In this document: positions 1 through 15,000 of the stretch, in pieces | Layout: each line of letters begins with the position of its first letter | Numbering within the stretch: the first letter of the stretch is position 1 | DNA from: Saccostrea echinata | Lineage: Eukaryota | Length of the DNA: 64,000 nucleotides | Direction of reading: 5' to 3' | Assembly: GCF_033153115.1 (NCBI RefSeq) | Contig: NW_026889750.1 | Span: 2,232,001 to 2,296,000, forward strand | Program-made: the position numbers and the translations under genes | The notes under the pieces: generated by a model | The model's input: only the letters and a program-made list of their open reading frames with translations | The model's database searches: none | Told to the model about the DNA's origin: nothing

Positions 1-965
1 ATTCCAACAGATTGTTGGAAGACCTGGTCTCCAAAAACCACATAGATATTGTCAATCAGAAACTCAAGGATCTTTTTAATATCAACTTCAGAGTACTTGT
101 GTGCCAATCAGAATGCTTTTTAACAAAATAGTTTTGCAAATGACCAATGACAAGGTAATTATATTTACATTTTTCTATTTTTATTGCAAAAGCAGCTGTC
201 AATGATGTCAAAAAGCCTGGACTCTAATTCATCTTGGGGAATGGTTGTATAAAGTGTTGAAAAGTCGTTCGTTTTGATGTTATTGATTTTGTTAATATTT
301 TATGATTTCAAATTTTCTAAAAATTCCTTGGATTTTTTAAGTATCCACATCTGATTTATACCACTTCTCGAATATACTGTTGTACAATACTCGTGAAGTT
401 TCTCCTTCACTGCTGAAAATATTTAAATGAGAAGTAAAGAAAGAGGCTCGGTAGGACATTTACTGGAACCCGCTCTGTATCTTTGTTTGTAAGGATTTTT
501 ATGGAGTTTTTGGAATCCAGTAAATGTATGATAATTCAAATTCATTTTGATTGCTGGGAATATTAAAAATATTCAAAGCAAACATATGTTTTGAAGAGGG
601 GAGCTGTGGGTATAGGTTGGATTACCACTCGCAGACTAATTCCTAGTTCCTCTAAAATAAAATTTAAATAATGAGCCTTACAAAGACAATGTTGTTACCT
701 GCTTTGTCAGCGGGGACCAGTACGTACTGATTGTGTTAGCTATCTAATTCTTTTTTCACTTCTGAATTAATGAAGACAGATAGATGGTTTTTATATTGCC
801 CCTCAATTGCTTAACAACATCCATCTGATACATTTAATCCATTCTGACAAAGTGTCAAGGCTTTCTTTTTCATGTTTAGCTCATCATCTGGCGTAATATT
901 CATAATATTTATGAAATTATGATCGAGTTAAGAGATCGTGGTTCTCTAAATGTTGGCCCTCTTAT
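1..965 (-). mobile_element. Penelope-like retroelement RT fragment (decayed)
   Basis: Minus-strand translation with frameshifts gives VLVPADKAGNN, QMWILKKSKE, DFSTLYTTIP and EFLIDNIYVVFGDQVFQQSVGI, motifs typical of invertebrate Penelope-like RTs. Confidence 0.85.
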
Positions 966-1479
966 AATAAATAATATACCATATCATTTTCAAATTCAAC
1001 AGCATTGGAATTGAATTTTAGAGATTTTGAGCTTCAAATCTTAAAAACATTCTACAGTAAAGTGTCATAGTAAATCAAAGTATCAAAGTACGAGTAATCA
1101 AAAAGCTCGCGAACTAACTGAATTACTTCCATAAAAGAAATAACATTAGGTTTCAGTGTTTATTGTTTTTAAAGTAGCCCTCTCCAATTCTAATGCACAT
1201 CTACAACTCTGTTCTACCCTTGCGCGAATCACGAGATCCACACTGTCACGTGACATGCTCCGTAGCGTTCTGTTCACAGAAGCTAAAAGATTTTCCGAGT
1301 CTTAAATTTCTTATAATGCAAGTTACTTTCTTATAACAAGAATAGTCCATTTGTCACAAATGGCCAAATCTCGGCAATAGGATGGTCGGATAAGGATATC
1401 TTTTCCCAGAATGAGCATGGTGAGCATCACAACCCGACTACTCTGTCTTGGATAACCAAGTTAAAATTCAAAGTTTAAT

Positions 1480-2347
1480 TTTTAAATAGTTTTAACACCC
1501 ATTGTAGTTTATGAAAAGTGCTGCAATCCTATATAGATTCTACTATTTCATTGTTAAAATCATATTTGAACGAATGCATACTCATAATGTGTACTGGCTA
1601 TAACATATCGTGGGTACTAAGTATGCGTAAGAAAATAAATCAACACTTTCTCTGAATAATAAATATACCTCTTATGCATTTTTTATTAGCTCATTTGCAT
1701 AGAAACGCCTATACCTAGCCTTAACTCACATGTGTAATTAATTCAGTTTCAAGATTTCAACAGGATCGCAGCACTTTTCAAATAGCTTAATACTTCTAGA
1801 GTTTATTATTAAAAACTTGTCATGATCCATTGAGGGTATGCCCTTGCACTAGATCGATTTGTTAAGACTCTTAGACCATCCTCCAATGTACCTGCATACA
1901 AATATACGGAGGTATCCGTTAATTAGGAAATGTACGAGAAATATATGAACAAAATCATAAAGAGGGCATTACATCCGAATTAATGACCTAAAAATCTGCA
2001 AATAATATTTTATTTATTTATAAAATACATTTCTTTGTTGTGAAAATATTACTTGATCTGCCTCTCACTGCATACAAACTGCGTAAAGTTTTACGGAATG
2101 ACGTCATATCGACAAGTGCAGTTCGATCAGAGACTTGTTTAAATCTTGCTATGTGGGATTTAACTAACGACAAAAAGGCATGTTATAGTAAGTTTCGATG
2201 TAGTTTAATTATCTCCTATAGTTTAAAATCGCAGATCACTTCATTTTGATGTATGTTTGAGAAATATTAGTTTCTGTGATGTTATAGTAAATATTTCCCG
2301 TAAAACTTAGGCCCCGCCTCCTTTTTGTAGCCTTAACTGTACTGCGA
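1480..2347. mobile_element. Right arm of a non-autonomous TIR DNA transposon (family also at 24141-25988 and ~39230-40018)
   Basis: Several hundred bp align by eye with the other two copies, and all end in AGGCCCCGC(C/A)..GCCTTAAC(T/A)GT(A/G)CTGC. Confidence 0.65.
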
Positions 2348-2965
2348 AGTTATTATGTGCAACTGCAAAGATCGAATTTCAGATATACGTTAAACTTTAA
2401 AGTCGTTCGTTGCTCGAGTACGACTGATTCAATCGTGTTTTGTCACAAGTTATCTATATATTGACGTCATTTTCACATTGTGACGTCACAAACATGGAGC
2501 AAAACATTACTTAACATCTGCTATTAAAGAACCTGTCTATGACTATATGTGTGCCAAATTTCATTCCGATCTGAATTGTGATTTTGTAAATATAGAGATA
2601 GTTCGCAAACTTTTTGATCACCCCTTGTATTTACTATAGTTAACTATAGTAAACTAGAATTAAATATAGTACATTTTTGTAAGGGTATCTCCATATATTC
2701 TATAAGTTGTCAGATGACTATATACATCTATCTTTACTCCTTGCAATTTTTTTGCTCAATCAAAGAAGGGAGCCATTCCTCATTGACTTTATTTTTAAAT
2801 AAATTTTCAATAATGTTTCTGTATTGAATTATTTAAGAAGTGAATTATTTGAAAAAATTCACAAAATTTCACAAAATGCTGTTTATACATGTAATAAGCT
2901 GTCTTTGACCCAAAGATATGAAAAAGGAATGATTAAAGTTCAAAAGGGCAACGCTAACTTGATAG

Positions 2966-3001
2966 TCATTGGTTGAAATGTATGAAGTTATCACTATTAC
3001 A
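2966..3001 (-). CDS. Gene B last exon (visible 3' end): CNSDNFIHFNQ*
   Basis: The CN that terminates an LU-type domain lies immediately beyond the gap; stop TGA at 2968-2966. Confidence 0.7.
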   Translation of the reverse strand, partial: CNSDNFIHFNQ

Positions 3002-6000
3002 NNNNNNNNNNNNNNNNNNNNNNNNNNNNNNNNNNNNNNNNNNNNNNNNNNNNNNNNNNNNNNNNNNNNNNNNNNNNNNNNNNNNNNNNNNNNNNNNNNN
3101 NNNNNNNNNNNNNNNNNNNNNNNNNNNNNNNNNNNNCCTTTTAAAGGTTTTTGGATAGGCAGTTCCGTCATGAACAATGTCAGTCATGCAAAAATGTTCA
3201 TCCGATGCACAGTTCTGTAAATTTCCCAAGTAGATTGTCCTCGTATCACAGGAAATAGATGAATTAGCGTCTCCACATGTATGGCACTTTCTGATGACTT
3301 TGATAAATAATGTAAGAATTTAAAACGCATATTTCTATAGATTAGTTATTAAAAATGTTATGAATAAAAACTAATAAAGAGAAGTTTACAAAACTCATCA
3401 TCATTCAGTAGTAATCATTATGATACACGAGACATCAACAATAACGTTTAAAATCAACATTTCGCCAATTCCATAGTAGTTTTAATAACCTTGTTTGCGA
3501 CTGAGTCGAAATGTTGAACTTATGTTTATTATAAAAATAATTAGGCCATTGTTTCATACTGACTTGCTATCGATTAGCTCTTTGTGTCCTCCGTAAATGA
3601 TAAAGTTTGAAATATTGTATAATGATGCATGATAATGGTTATTTTGTTTCATGTCTTAGGAAAGGCAGAGATTGACCAATCAAAATTTAACAATGAAAAT
3701 TCCGGCCACGTGGCGTGTCACTATGCCTCTTCTGCAGTCTTGGAGACTGACGTTTATTTAAGTTTGTAATTTATTTTATCGCGTATTTGGTGAGTAAAAT
3801 TATTCTAGCATGTCCTCATTGGTAAAACTTCGGTCGTCATTCTTGGTCACTCAATTGTGCGTCGTTTTCACGAATTTTTGAAACATGGTGATAATATTTA
3901 GATATTCAACAGGGTTCTCCATCATTTCAAATTTAACTGTGGCACAAGACTTACGCGAAGTGCTAATATTCACGGTCATTTCGCGACCGATTTCGTGAAG
4001 GAACCACGAAATAAATTGAAAAATACACAACCCAATGAATCAATGGTTTAATACGCAACTGACATTTATTATTTGGCAAATTGATCATTAAAATTAATAA
4101 AAAAAATAATCAATCGATATCGATTAAACATGCATGTAGTGTAAAAAAAAATGTCTACAAAATATATGCATACTGTCGAAAAGACACCCCCAACACATAC
4201 GTACTTATAAATAAACAAATATTAGCTTATAGAATCTGAAAATTAAAGTACTAGTAACAACAAGTGTTAAGCATTAAACCCTATTTTTTAATAATAATAA
4301 TAATAATAATACTTTTTTTTGCAAAAGACAAATTAAAGTGTTCATTAAAGGACAGGTGAAATTCTGGTAAGTCACACAATCAAGCTTACATCAATATATA
4401 TATTAATTTTGCAATTATCGGTCTAAAGACCGAAATAAAGTAAAACTTGTGAATTAAAAAAATACTTAAGCAGTTTAGAGACATACAATAATATTTTGGT
4501 GGATCTATCGTTAATTTTTCAACATTACAAATATACATGATTACGATACACATGCGATGTGTGACTCCAGTGCCAATGCAATTTTAGAGACGTTGTTATC
4601 TGTAGTACTATTCAAGTGAATTGATTAATATAAAATTTTCATTAGCAATTATCGTGAAGTGTGGAAAAAATGGCTTGTCTCTTTTTATTTAATTGTCCAG
4701 CGAGGTCTAGAAGATAATTGCTTGTGCAAGCCAATCAATGGGACCTAATTAGAGTAAATTGACGGTTTAGCATTAGAAAATGGAAAAAGGTACATAATTT
4801 TGAGATTCCTTTGGTTTATAAATTTATATATTTATCTTACTGACGACGACGATCTAACTGTGTCGTTAATATTTTAACTGTGGCAGAACTATGGCACTGA
4901 TTTTTTTTAACTGTGTCGCTAAGGAATTTAACTGTGGCGGGGCCGCCACGTTAAATGGCCCATGGAGAACCCATTTCAAACAAATTATTAAATATCACAA
5001 AGTTGTAAACACATGACAAACTGTTTTATAGACTTTTTACTCATTGAAAGAGGATAAAATAAGGTGAAAAGAGAATTATTGAAAGTAATAAGCAATTTAA
5101 TGGGTAGCTGGGCTATCAAAATACTCATTGCATTTATATGAAAAATTATATGAGAGCTTTAAAATTTTTTCCATCGAACACTGTGAATGAAAGAAATTAC
5201 TCTGGGAGGGTTAATATAGCATTTTAGACTGGTATTCTATAAATTGTGAGCACAAGTTTTGTAAGAAGGGAGAGTTCTCTTGCGGTTAACTTTAGTAACA
5301 TTGTAGCAATTGTTAATAATTACCTTCCACTTATTCAGATCAATACTTTGAATGGTTGTTTAAATGTATGTTGCAATATTGAACATTAACAATGATCTTT
5401 TCTATCTCTATGAATTATTACTATGATAATATATACATGACATTTATTTAATCACTGCTTTTTACTAAAAAAGATTTTAATGGTAACCTAACAACAAAGC
5501 TTTATGATAAACGTGATGATTTCAACTTTTTAATCGTCAACTTCCCTTACTTATGTGGCAATATAGCCTTATCACACTGCATATTAGGTTTATTTCTCTC
5601 AGTTGATTCGATACGCAAGAGAATTATCTACGTATGAACAATTTCTACAACGAGGTAAGTCATTGACAAACAAGTTGATGACACAAGGATATCAACAGTC
5701 TCGTTTGAGGTCATCAATTTGCAAGTTTTATTGTCGATACAATGAACTTGTCTGCACACATTTTCTCCTTTGATTGGAATTTGAGGAATCTTATACCGGA
5801 CTGTACATTTTTACCCTGATTCAACTTAAAACTTTACAAATATATAGTAATTTAACAACTGAGCTGTTGAAATTTGTGCAGCAATACCAGCACTCCTTGG
5901 AATATTTTGCTTCTATATATACCTTGTTTCAGTTAAATAAAATAGAGCACGGTCTTGCACCGAATAATTTTTGTTAATGTCCTTTATAGTCTTTTGTAGT

Positions 6001-9000
6001 AAAGAACAATGACGTCATAATTTGACGTCATAATGTGTACTGCCTATGTAATGTCGTGGGTACCAAGTATGTTTACCAATAAGTTTTAACTTTCTCTGTA
6101 TAATGGATATAGTCCTTAGGCATTTTAATTAGTTTATTTGCATAGAAATGCCTATTCCTAGCCTTAACTTACTTGCGTAATAGATAGGCCATTATTTATA
6201 CACTGAACCGTCTACGGATTTTTCCGGGTTTTTTTTGTTCATGACAAGGAGCACACGGCGGCAGGGGATGCTCACTCTTCCATGGCACTTGATTCCACCT
6301 CTTAATTTTGAGGTCCGTGTTTGCTCTGCTCCAAATTTGTATCGTTTCATTGGACCATACGGAATGAAATGGATTTTAAGATTTCTTGTGACTTTTATAA
6401 ACCTTCCAAACACATAGGTACCTGAGAATTACCCATTTAAAGTTTATTTCACGCATTATATGTTCCGCCCAAAATCTCAGGCGGAACGAGCTCGTTAGAA
6501 AATGGCCTTCGGATGTAAGAGTCCGAGGTATATAAGGAGCGTAGGGACTTTAACCGAGGCTCTTACTTGTAGGAGTAACCCGTCGTGTGCTCCTTGTCAT
6601 GATCAGAAAAAACGGAAAATTCCGTAGATTATTGTAAATAATGGTCTTACAATTAGTATGAAAAAGTTCAGCCAGCATTCGACTTAAAGATAGACTGTAT
6701 TTGCTGACAATGTCATTGTATCGACCATAGAACTTGCAAAATGATGACTTTAAACGAAATTTTTGATATTCTTGTTTCTTCTACTTGTTTGTCAATAGCT
6801 TGCCTCGTTTTAGAAATAGTTCGTACGCAGAGCTAAAACCACCTTATTATGCGGTAGACCTGTCCGCTATGTCAGTGGCTTGTAGATACTTTGTTGATTG
6901 ATTGTCTTTCTGAGTTTCTATTATTGGAAGTGCCTCCTTTTTTACCTTTCATAAGAGTATTTAAGGAAAGTAAACATCTTTTTACCTATTCTACAAGGAA
7001 AGGTAAAATGATGTCATACATGTTTTGAATGTTTTGAACATGTTAGTTCTTGTCAAGATTATAGTTACTTTTATGCAAATTTGAAACTGAATTTACACAA
7101 ATCTATCCTCCAATCATAGCTGTAAACTCTCAAGTAGGAAACAAACTTCAAATAAAAGGGAAATGAAGTTGACATTTATCTAAGGTAAAGTCGATATAAC
7201 TTGACGACTGAATTAAATGTAGTTTTGATTCAATATTTTTACCTTATGTGGAAGTTATACTCTTGCATAATTTTTATTTGTTAGCATAATGCAAGCTAAC
7301 AAAATACATATATATCTTTTATGTGAAGGCAAATATTATATTCAATGGATCTATGAAGAAGGTGAATATAAAACAAGAGGCCCATGTGCCACATCGGTCA
7401 CCTGAGCACATTGGCTAGGAAGAAGCAGAAATCAGTTCAGTATTGAATGGGACGGTGGGTGGGGGCACTCTTTAATTTAATTAAACTTTAATTTAAACTA
7501 CCTCAGGATACTTCCGTATCAATATTACTTTTCATGGCTAAATTTGCTCTTCTTAAAAGAAGAATTTAAAACTTTTTCCCTATGCTTTCCTATTTAAAAC
7601 TCTGATCTCTCATTGTGCTCCCACCCTACACACCCTAAATTTGAAAAAGATTTGAATCTTCACTACCTGAGGATGCTTCCATATATATAAATATGACTTA
7701 TCATGGTTTTGCTGTTCTTGAGCAGATGAGTTTTTTTTTCAATATGAGTCCTATATATTCTTACTCTGACCCTCTGTTGTCCCCCCAAACCCCTGGGGTA
7801 ATAATTTGAACAAACTTGATTCTACAATTACTAGGGTTGTTTCTGTATAAATATGACTTATAATGGCCTAGTTGTTCTTGAGGAAAAGATTTTAAACATA
7901 TTTTCTATTTAACATGTATGATCATGTTCTTACAAGGAATATAGAGGTTTTCCTTTTACTCTGTCTGAGTTAATGATTGGAATGATTTTTAAGAAACCTC
8001 TTTCTGAGGGTATATCACATAGTACTTAACTTATTTAACTCGTATCTAGAGATGAGTACTGGGTAAGGTACTACTTGCACCGTGTTTTTCCCTAGGTTCC
8101 TATTGATAGATAAGAACCGGTGTTTTGAATCTTCTTCAGATTTACTACACACAGAACTTAACATAAATTCCTTAGGACACTTGCCACTGGTGTTTATAAC
8201 TTTTATACTTTTATTTTGCTCTTACCCTTAGGGTTTTCCAACCCTAATAGGACCAAATTTTTTATCCTTGAATCACATACTACTCTAAATATTAATTTAA
8301 AGCATTTTACAGTAGAAAAGGATTTACCAAGAGAAAGTTTCAAAAATGTAATTAACTAAACAGTAATTAATAAAAAAAAAAAAAAAAAAAAAAAAAAGAT
8401 TGCATTGAAGTGTATGGGGACAAGCGATTTTTTAAAAATAAAAATTCAAAGAATAAGAATATCAATAAATACTCTAGAGGAAAGATGCATTAAAATAGAA
8501 TCGCAATCGAAAACGGTTTTTTACCAGACAAGTTCTTTTAAAATTTACTTTTTTATTAATTAAACACACAATTAAACTCTTACCAAAATAATTTAGGACA
8601 CATCCCACCCTTACAACCTAATAATAATAAATGGGAATTATGTCTAAATATACTCAGTATTCAACCCCAACACATCTGTATTCAATTTCTTTGAATCTGT
8701 TGCTATTTGGGATATAATACCTTAACTTCTTTATTGTTGATTCTACATCCAACTTCTTCAGCTAGCTTCTGAATGCCAGACCTTCCCAAAGCTTTGCCTT
8801 ATATACCCTTTGGTTTGGCTAGTCCATTCCAATGGTTGTTAGGTCATTCCACTATTTGAAGTCTTCAATGTGTTTTACTCAAATGCCCCTTAACCATTAC
8901 ACCTTTATATTCCTATGTAAAACTTTGACCCACTGCTTTGGCCCCGCCCTACCTCCGGAGGTCATGATTTGAACAAAATTGAATCTACACTACCTGCATG

Positions 9001-12000
9001 AGGATACTTCTGTATTGATATGACTAGTAATGGCTTAGCTTTTCTTGAAGAGAAGATTTTTAAAGATATTTTCTATATATTCCTATGGTAAAATTTGACC
9101 CCCTGTTTTGGCCTTGTCCTACCCCCAGAGGTCATGACTGGAACAAACTAGAATCTACACTACCTAAGGATACATGTACTTCTATCATAATATGACTAAT
9201 CATGGCTTTGCTGTTCTCGAGAAGAAGATTTTTTAAGATATTTCCTATAAATTCCTATGTAAATGCTACGATTTATGATTTTGATATTTAATGTCACATG
9301 TTTTTATCGACATGTTGTAAATCCGAGTTTCCTTCATTAATTGGGAACGTTAAGATAACAAATAATCTTATACGAAATTTACACATAAACAGGCATTTCC
9401 CATAAACGTAACCGTGTGAATAACCTACTATTTATGTTATTCCGACATTATAAACAGTCGTATGATCCTCCAACTGACATAACTCTAATTAAGGACATAC
9501 GCAACATAGTTTGAACTTTATTGTCTTTTTCCCAGGAGTTGAAGAGTTCCAAAACTTAAAAGAACTGTGTGCTACATTTTAATGTCTATATATGCTATTG
9601 TACACTTCTTCTAAAACAAGTTTGGATAAACAAAACATCTAGAATATATGTTTAGTAATTTTTGTATATTTTTCTTTGATTAATACAAGAATTTTCATCA
9701 ATTGATATCTTTTCAAAACCCCTGGTAATGCATGCTGATTTTTTGTATACGAACATCTAATGACACTATAATCTTAAGTTAAGAATATCTTGAAAAATTA
9801 TCAGTAGGTAAGGAACGTTGCGTATGTCCTTAAAGCGGATCTGGCATTGTTTTTAAATACATCGATATCGCTTAGCACGATAAACTTCCGGTGCAGGTCA
9901 CATTGCGGGAAAAGGGGGGGGATCGTTCGTCATTTCTCTAGCAACGTAATACGATATAAACAGCGGTCAGATGGTCATCAGGAGCATTCTGCTCATTGCC
10001 TCAACTGACGAGAACGAACTAAAATTTGGGAATATGGAAAGCAGATGGGTAATTAATTAATTTATCATTTCTTACCCAGTGGTTCTTGAGAAATATTTTT
10101 TTAAAAGATGCTACCAAATCTTCACGAATTCTTGATTATCTCCCCTTGAAAGAGGATGCGGTACTTCCTTAGAACGAATTGAAATCTCTTTTATCCAAGG
10201 ATGCTTTGGGGCAAGTTTTGCTAAAATTGGCCAAGTGGCTCTTGAGAAGAAGTCGAAAATGTGGAAAGTTTACAGACAGACGCCGGACACTCTTTGATCA
10301 GAATAGCCGAGAGCTAAAGAAGCTAAAAAGCGGTCAATGATTCAATGTTAATAACAATACAAATCCTGGACCTTGAAAGTCCAGACGTGGGATCAGGTGC
10401 CTAGATCTATACAAGACACCATGTTTGTTGAAGTATTTGCAGTACAAACTTGTGTTTCTGAAGATGTTATTGCTGATATATATACCTGTGTATGTTGTAG
10501 GACGATTATTCGATGATGTAGTAGTTGGTGGTACAGATCCTGTGCTTGTTGATGTTTTTTCTTCAGTTATTTGGGTCGTTGCTGTTTTCATTGTCATTGA
10601 TTGCGCCGTAGGTGTAGAGTCTAATAGAAATAAAAAGAGCTTAGCGGTTCCTCTGATTTTTCTTAGAAAGTAATAGTTATAACATTTTTTAATATCTTAA
10701 AAATTGCCGAACAATTTTGTCGATCTTTTTAAATAAATATGTATGATTTTTGACGAACATAAATTACAAGGGATGCATTTTGGAAATTTGAGGGTCTACC
10801 CATAATTACAAATTTTTCACAAAATTAAAGCCTCCAAAACGGATGAATAGCAGCTTAAGTACTTCTCAAATTCTTGATAATGCTTATATAACAAACAAAT
10901 CTCTGAAGCAATTGAAGATTTAATTGAATTAAAGACATGCATTGACATATTTACAACTATAAAATAATACTTAATACTGCTTCATTTCTAGTCATTTGGA
11001 AACAAATATAGGGCTATTTCTATTTAAAGCATTTTATAATATTTTTTTCAATATGGATATAATTCATTAGCATATTACTGCTGAAAAAATTCAGATTACT
11101 GTAAAATCACTTAGACTTATTTTGGTTGGGTCAGATTTTCGTGCTTTGACGAATAAATGTAGGTTCGTTGGGATTTGATTTCGTGGTTGAAGAAATGTAC
11201 TTTGATTGTACCTTGCCATTTTTACATTTCGTGGAGGACAACATCAATTAAACTCTCACGATAATAAGTGATTTCACAGTATTTATTCTAGTGAAGAATT
11301 GTGAAGGTGGAATTTGTAAACCTATAATGTTTAGAACAGACATTTTATTTGAACATTTTAAACTTGGACTATATCATATCTTAATCATTTTAGTTATTAA
11401 TAGTGAACTTAGTAGTGACAGTAAAATAAAATAAAAGGTTATGAAACAAGGATGTACAGTATTAGTGTACCACATACAGTGACTTTATAATTGGAAAAGG
11501 GACTTTATGTTCATGAACTATAATTATCTTGTTAGAACAAATTGAATTTTGTTGTTGGTACAATGAACTATAATTTTGTAAATCATTTTATAATGGAATT
11601 GATCAAATTAGACCAAACAAGTTCATCGATACCAAGTAATAAAATTTTAACGGAAATGCAAAGTTACTATTAAGATTCTTGACCAAGAGTAATAAAATTG
11701 GGAACTTTAAAGTAGATAAGTAAAAGAGCTTAGGGCTAGAACTCCTGTGGTGCAGAGATTGGAACGGAGTCCATAAATATTATTAAAGTAGGTATACCTG
11801 GATTGGAGGGTGGTGCCATGTTGGGGTTCATAGGTCAACGGACAGACCTACGGACAAAGCGTAGGTGACATGGCAATGGTAAGACAGCCAATGAAAAGTA
11901 TTTTTATATCCCGGACCATGAATACCCTCTGAGCACAATATACCCTGTTTTGCCGAAAAATTCTTTGACTCTTTTGGAATACTTTTTGGACTCTAATTTT

Positions 12001-15000
12001 TTTGGACCTCACCTTAATTATTACTTTTGGAGTTTTAATTCTACGCTCTTCTTAAATATTTGGGAAGGATCTTTAAAACTTTTGCTAGGTTTAATAAACT
12101 TTTCAAAAAACTGACAAATTTTGTTATCGGCTTACACCTGCTAAGTCAATTTGGTGCTCGTTGACCGGGATTTGTGAAGTACGAAGGATACATGTAGCTA
12201 CTATTGAATAATACAGTAAGATCAGAGACACTTAAGGTGAGACAATTTCTCTTTTCTACTTAACTTTTTAGATGCCCATGTAAATCAAAACTTAATTGAA
12301 TTTCCTTGTTAAATTTACGCAATAAGCATCAAATCCTAAATTAAAAGGAAATTATTTCATGCATTTACAATGGCAAAGGCTCCAACACACAGGGAACAGC
12401 TTAATCGAGCATTAGAAGAATTAACTCAACAAATGTCTGAAACAGAAATGTTAAATACGAGAAATTTGGATGAAGAAAATGAAAAACATGAAAGTTCAGG
12501 GTACTTTCCTGATGGGGGCAAAAAGAATGAAAATGGAGATGATGATGATAAAAATATAAAATAATAAATGAATTCTATTTTAAACCAGGTTAAATCATTA
12601 ACCGCGGCCATTTCAGTACCCATTAATCAGGTCATTACCTATTTTGAGGGGAGTCCTACAAATTTCAAACAGTGGATTAAAGATATTGAGAAATACGCAA
12701 AAATGTCAAACATGGCTGGTGAAGATATTCCAAAAATCGCGTATGTAACATGTAAAGGGTCTGTGGGGGACTTTGTTAAGAGATATTTGACAGAAAATTG
12801 AAGTTTCGAGTGAATTACCTAGTTTGAATGACTTAAAACATCTTTTAAAAAGTCGATTTGCAGTAATTACTGACCCCCAACACGCATTGGCAATTATGAG
12901 AAAAATGAGACAAACTTCCAATGAGAGTGTGCAAGTATTTGCCGAAAGGTTATTACAGGTAGCGGAAGATGCATATTCGCCTGAAAAATCAAAAAATCAA
13001 ATTGTTCAAAATCAGTTGGTTGACATATTTAGTGATGGTATGTTGTTTGATTTTGTGAGAATGAAATTATATTATTACGGAGAAATCCAAAAACTTTTGG
13101 AAAACGCAGTTCAAATGGCAATGCATGAACAAAAACTGCGTACTAAACGTTTGGCATTAAGAACAAATGACACACTTAATGACTCCTTGTCGCATCACCC
13201 TTTGATAAATAAGTCAATTCCAAATTTATTTGAAACTCCACATTTTCCAGAAGTCCCATCTCGTGAAATTGAACCCATGGAAGTAGATCACTTCCGCAAT
13301 CAGCACTGTCACAGATGAGGTAAAGTAGGTCACAGAGCAGAATTCTGTCATGCACAAGTTTTTACGAATAGAAAAAATATGGGAAATCAAAGGAACAGGT
13401 CACGCATAAATGAAATTTCAAAAACACCAAACAGGGGGGAATACAATTTACAGTGTTGGCATTGTGAAAATTATGATCATATTAGCGGACATTGTCCTCA
13501 GAGATATTCTGGCCGTTTCGATAGGTCGTTTAGACACAGGCCTACATATTACTACTCAAAAAGAAACCCAACCCAGCAGGAAAACTAAGACACTCTCTTC
13601 ATGTTGAAGCCGATGGAGAGGGGGACAAAACTGTGGTAGAAAAAATGTATATAAGATTTGTTTAACTGGAAATCCAAGTTCTTGTATTATGAAATTGGGG
13701 AAAATGAGATATAGGGCATTAGTAGACACTGGGGCTGAAGTTTCGCTTATTAGTAGAAAAATGTATAATAATCTATAGGTCAAACCAGCTCTGAATAAAA
13801 AAGAAAAACCATATCTGCAGGCTGCAAATGGTGAATCACTTTCAGTGATAGGTAGAGCAGACTTAGCATTTTCTATGAATAGGTTACCATGAATCATACA
13901 TTTTATGTTACAGAGGGACTCGATCGTTGTGTCATTTTAGGACGAGATTGGTTAAAAGCGAATGGGGTCAGAATATATTTTGATTTAGGGTGTTTGAGAG
14001 TTGAAAAAACATATGTAAAATTAGAAGATCTCCATATCTCATCTTTAGTGAGAATAAATAAGAAGGTTTTAATAAAACCGCAAATTGCAGTTGGATGTTA
14101 CGGAAAATTAAACTCCGCCTTTCCAAGAAAATATGAAGGGTTGATAGAGATTAAAAATTTACATGACTGTCTTAATGAGGAACCCGGTTTAATATTTAAA
14201 GAGTCAGTGCGTGTAATAAGAAACACGCGTAAGGTGCCAATCATGATCATAAATCAGTCTAACCGCGCGTATCAATTGAAGCCCGGGAGCGCTGTATGTA
14301 CAGTTCGATCTGTTTACAAAAGAGAGATAAATGCAATAAAAACAGCGGGGGAGATAACAAACTTTAAAACATTGCTGTGACGTCATGCCTATGTTCTTGC
14401 AATCTAAAACATTACCTGTAGCCGTCCGATAATAGTCATTACCTGTCCAATAACATATTATCGGACGGCAGTGATAACAAAATCGGACAGTTTTAAAAAA
14501 CAACATGTAGAGTGAAAACAAGGTTTATTATGTCTAGAAAAAAAAGTTGGGGGAAAAACAAATTTAGGGAAAGCAAACGAAAGGAAATTAAGTTGCTACA
14601 AAATACCATGCAAATCCATGAAGAAGAAAATGGAGTTTTAACCCTCCTTAAAAGTAACACTTTCCATTGGTTTTTATGCCCCCGTATCGAAGATTCGGGG
14701 GTATATAGTTTCTGCCCTGTCCGTCCGTCTAGCTGTCTGTTTGTCCGCAAAAACTTAACATTGCCCATAACTTTTGATTGGTTGGAGCTATGGCTTTCAT
14801 ATTTCACATGTGTATTCCTTGTGACAAGACCTTTCTTTGGGTACCACCATATTTGATCTTTTGACCTTGACCTTGGAGTTTGACTCAGTTTTGCAAAATT
14901 TTATCCACTTTTAACCTTGGTCATAACTTTTGTAACCGTTGGTGCTAAGGCTTTCATACTTCACCTTCACCCTAACGGGCCTCAAACAGTCTGATAATTT

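Noticed and set aside
10425-10673. Val-rich plus-strand ORF resembling a membrane protein
   Set aside because: It is the antisense shadow of the Thr-rich exon 10486-10620.
10978-11013. Possible phase-2 exon (PIFVSK*) continuing the cadherin-like cassette
   Set aside because: It contains a stop, and no donor restores phase 1.
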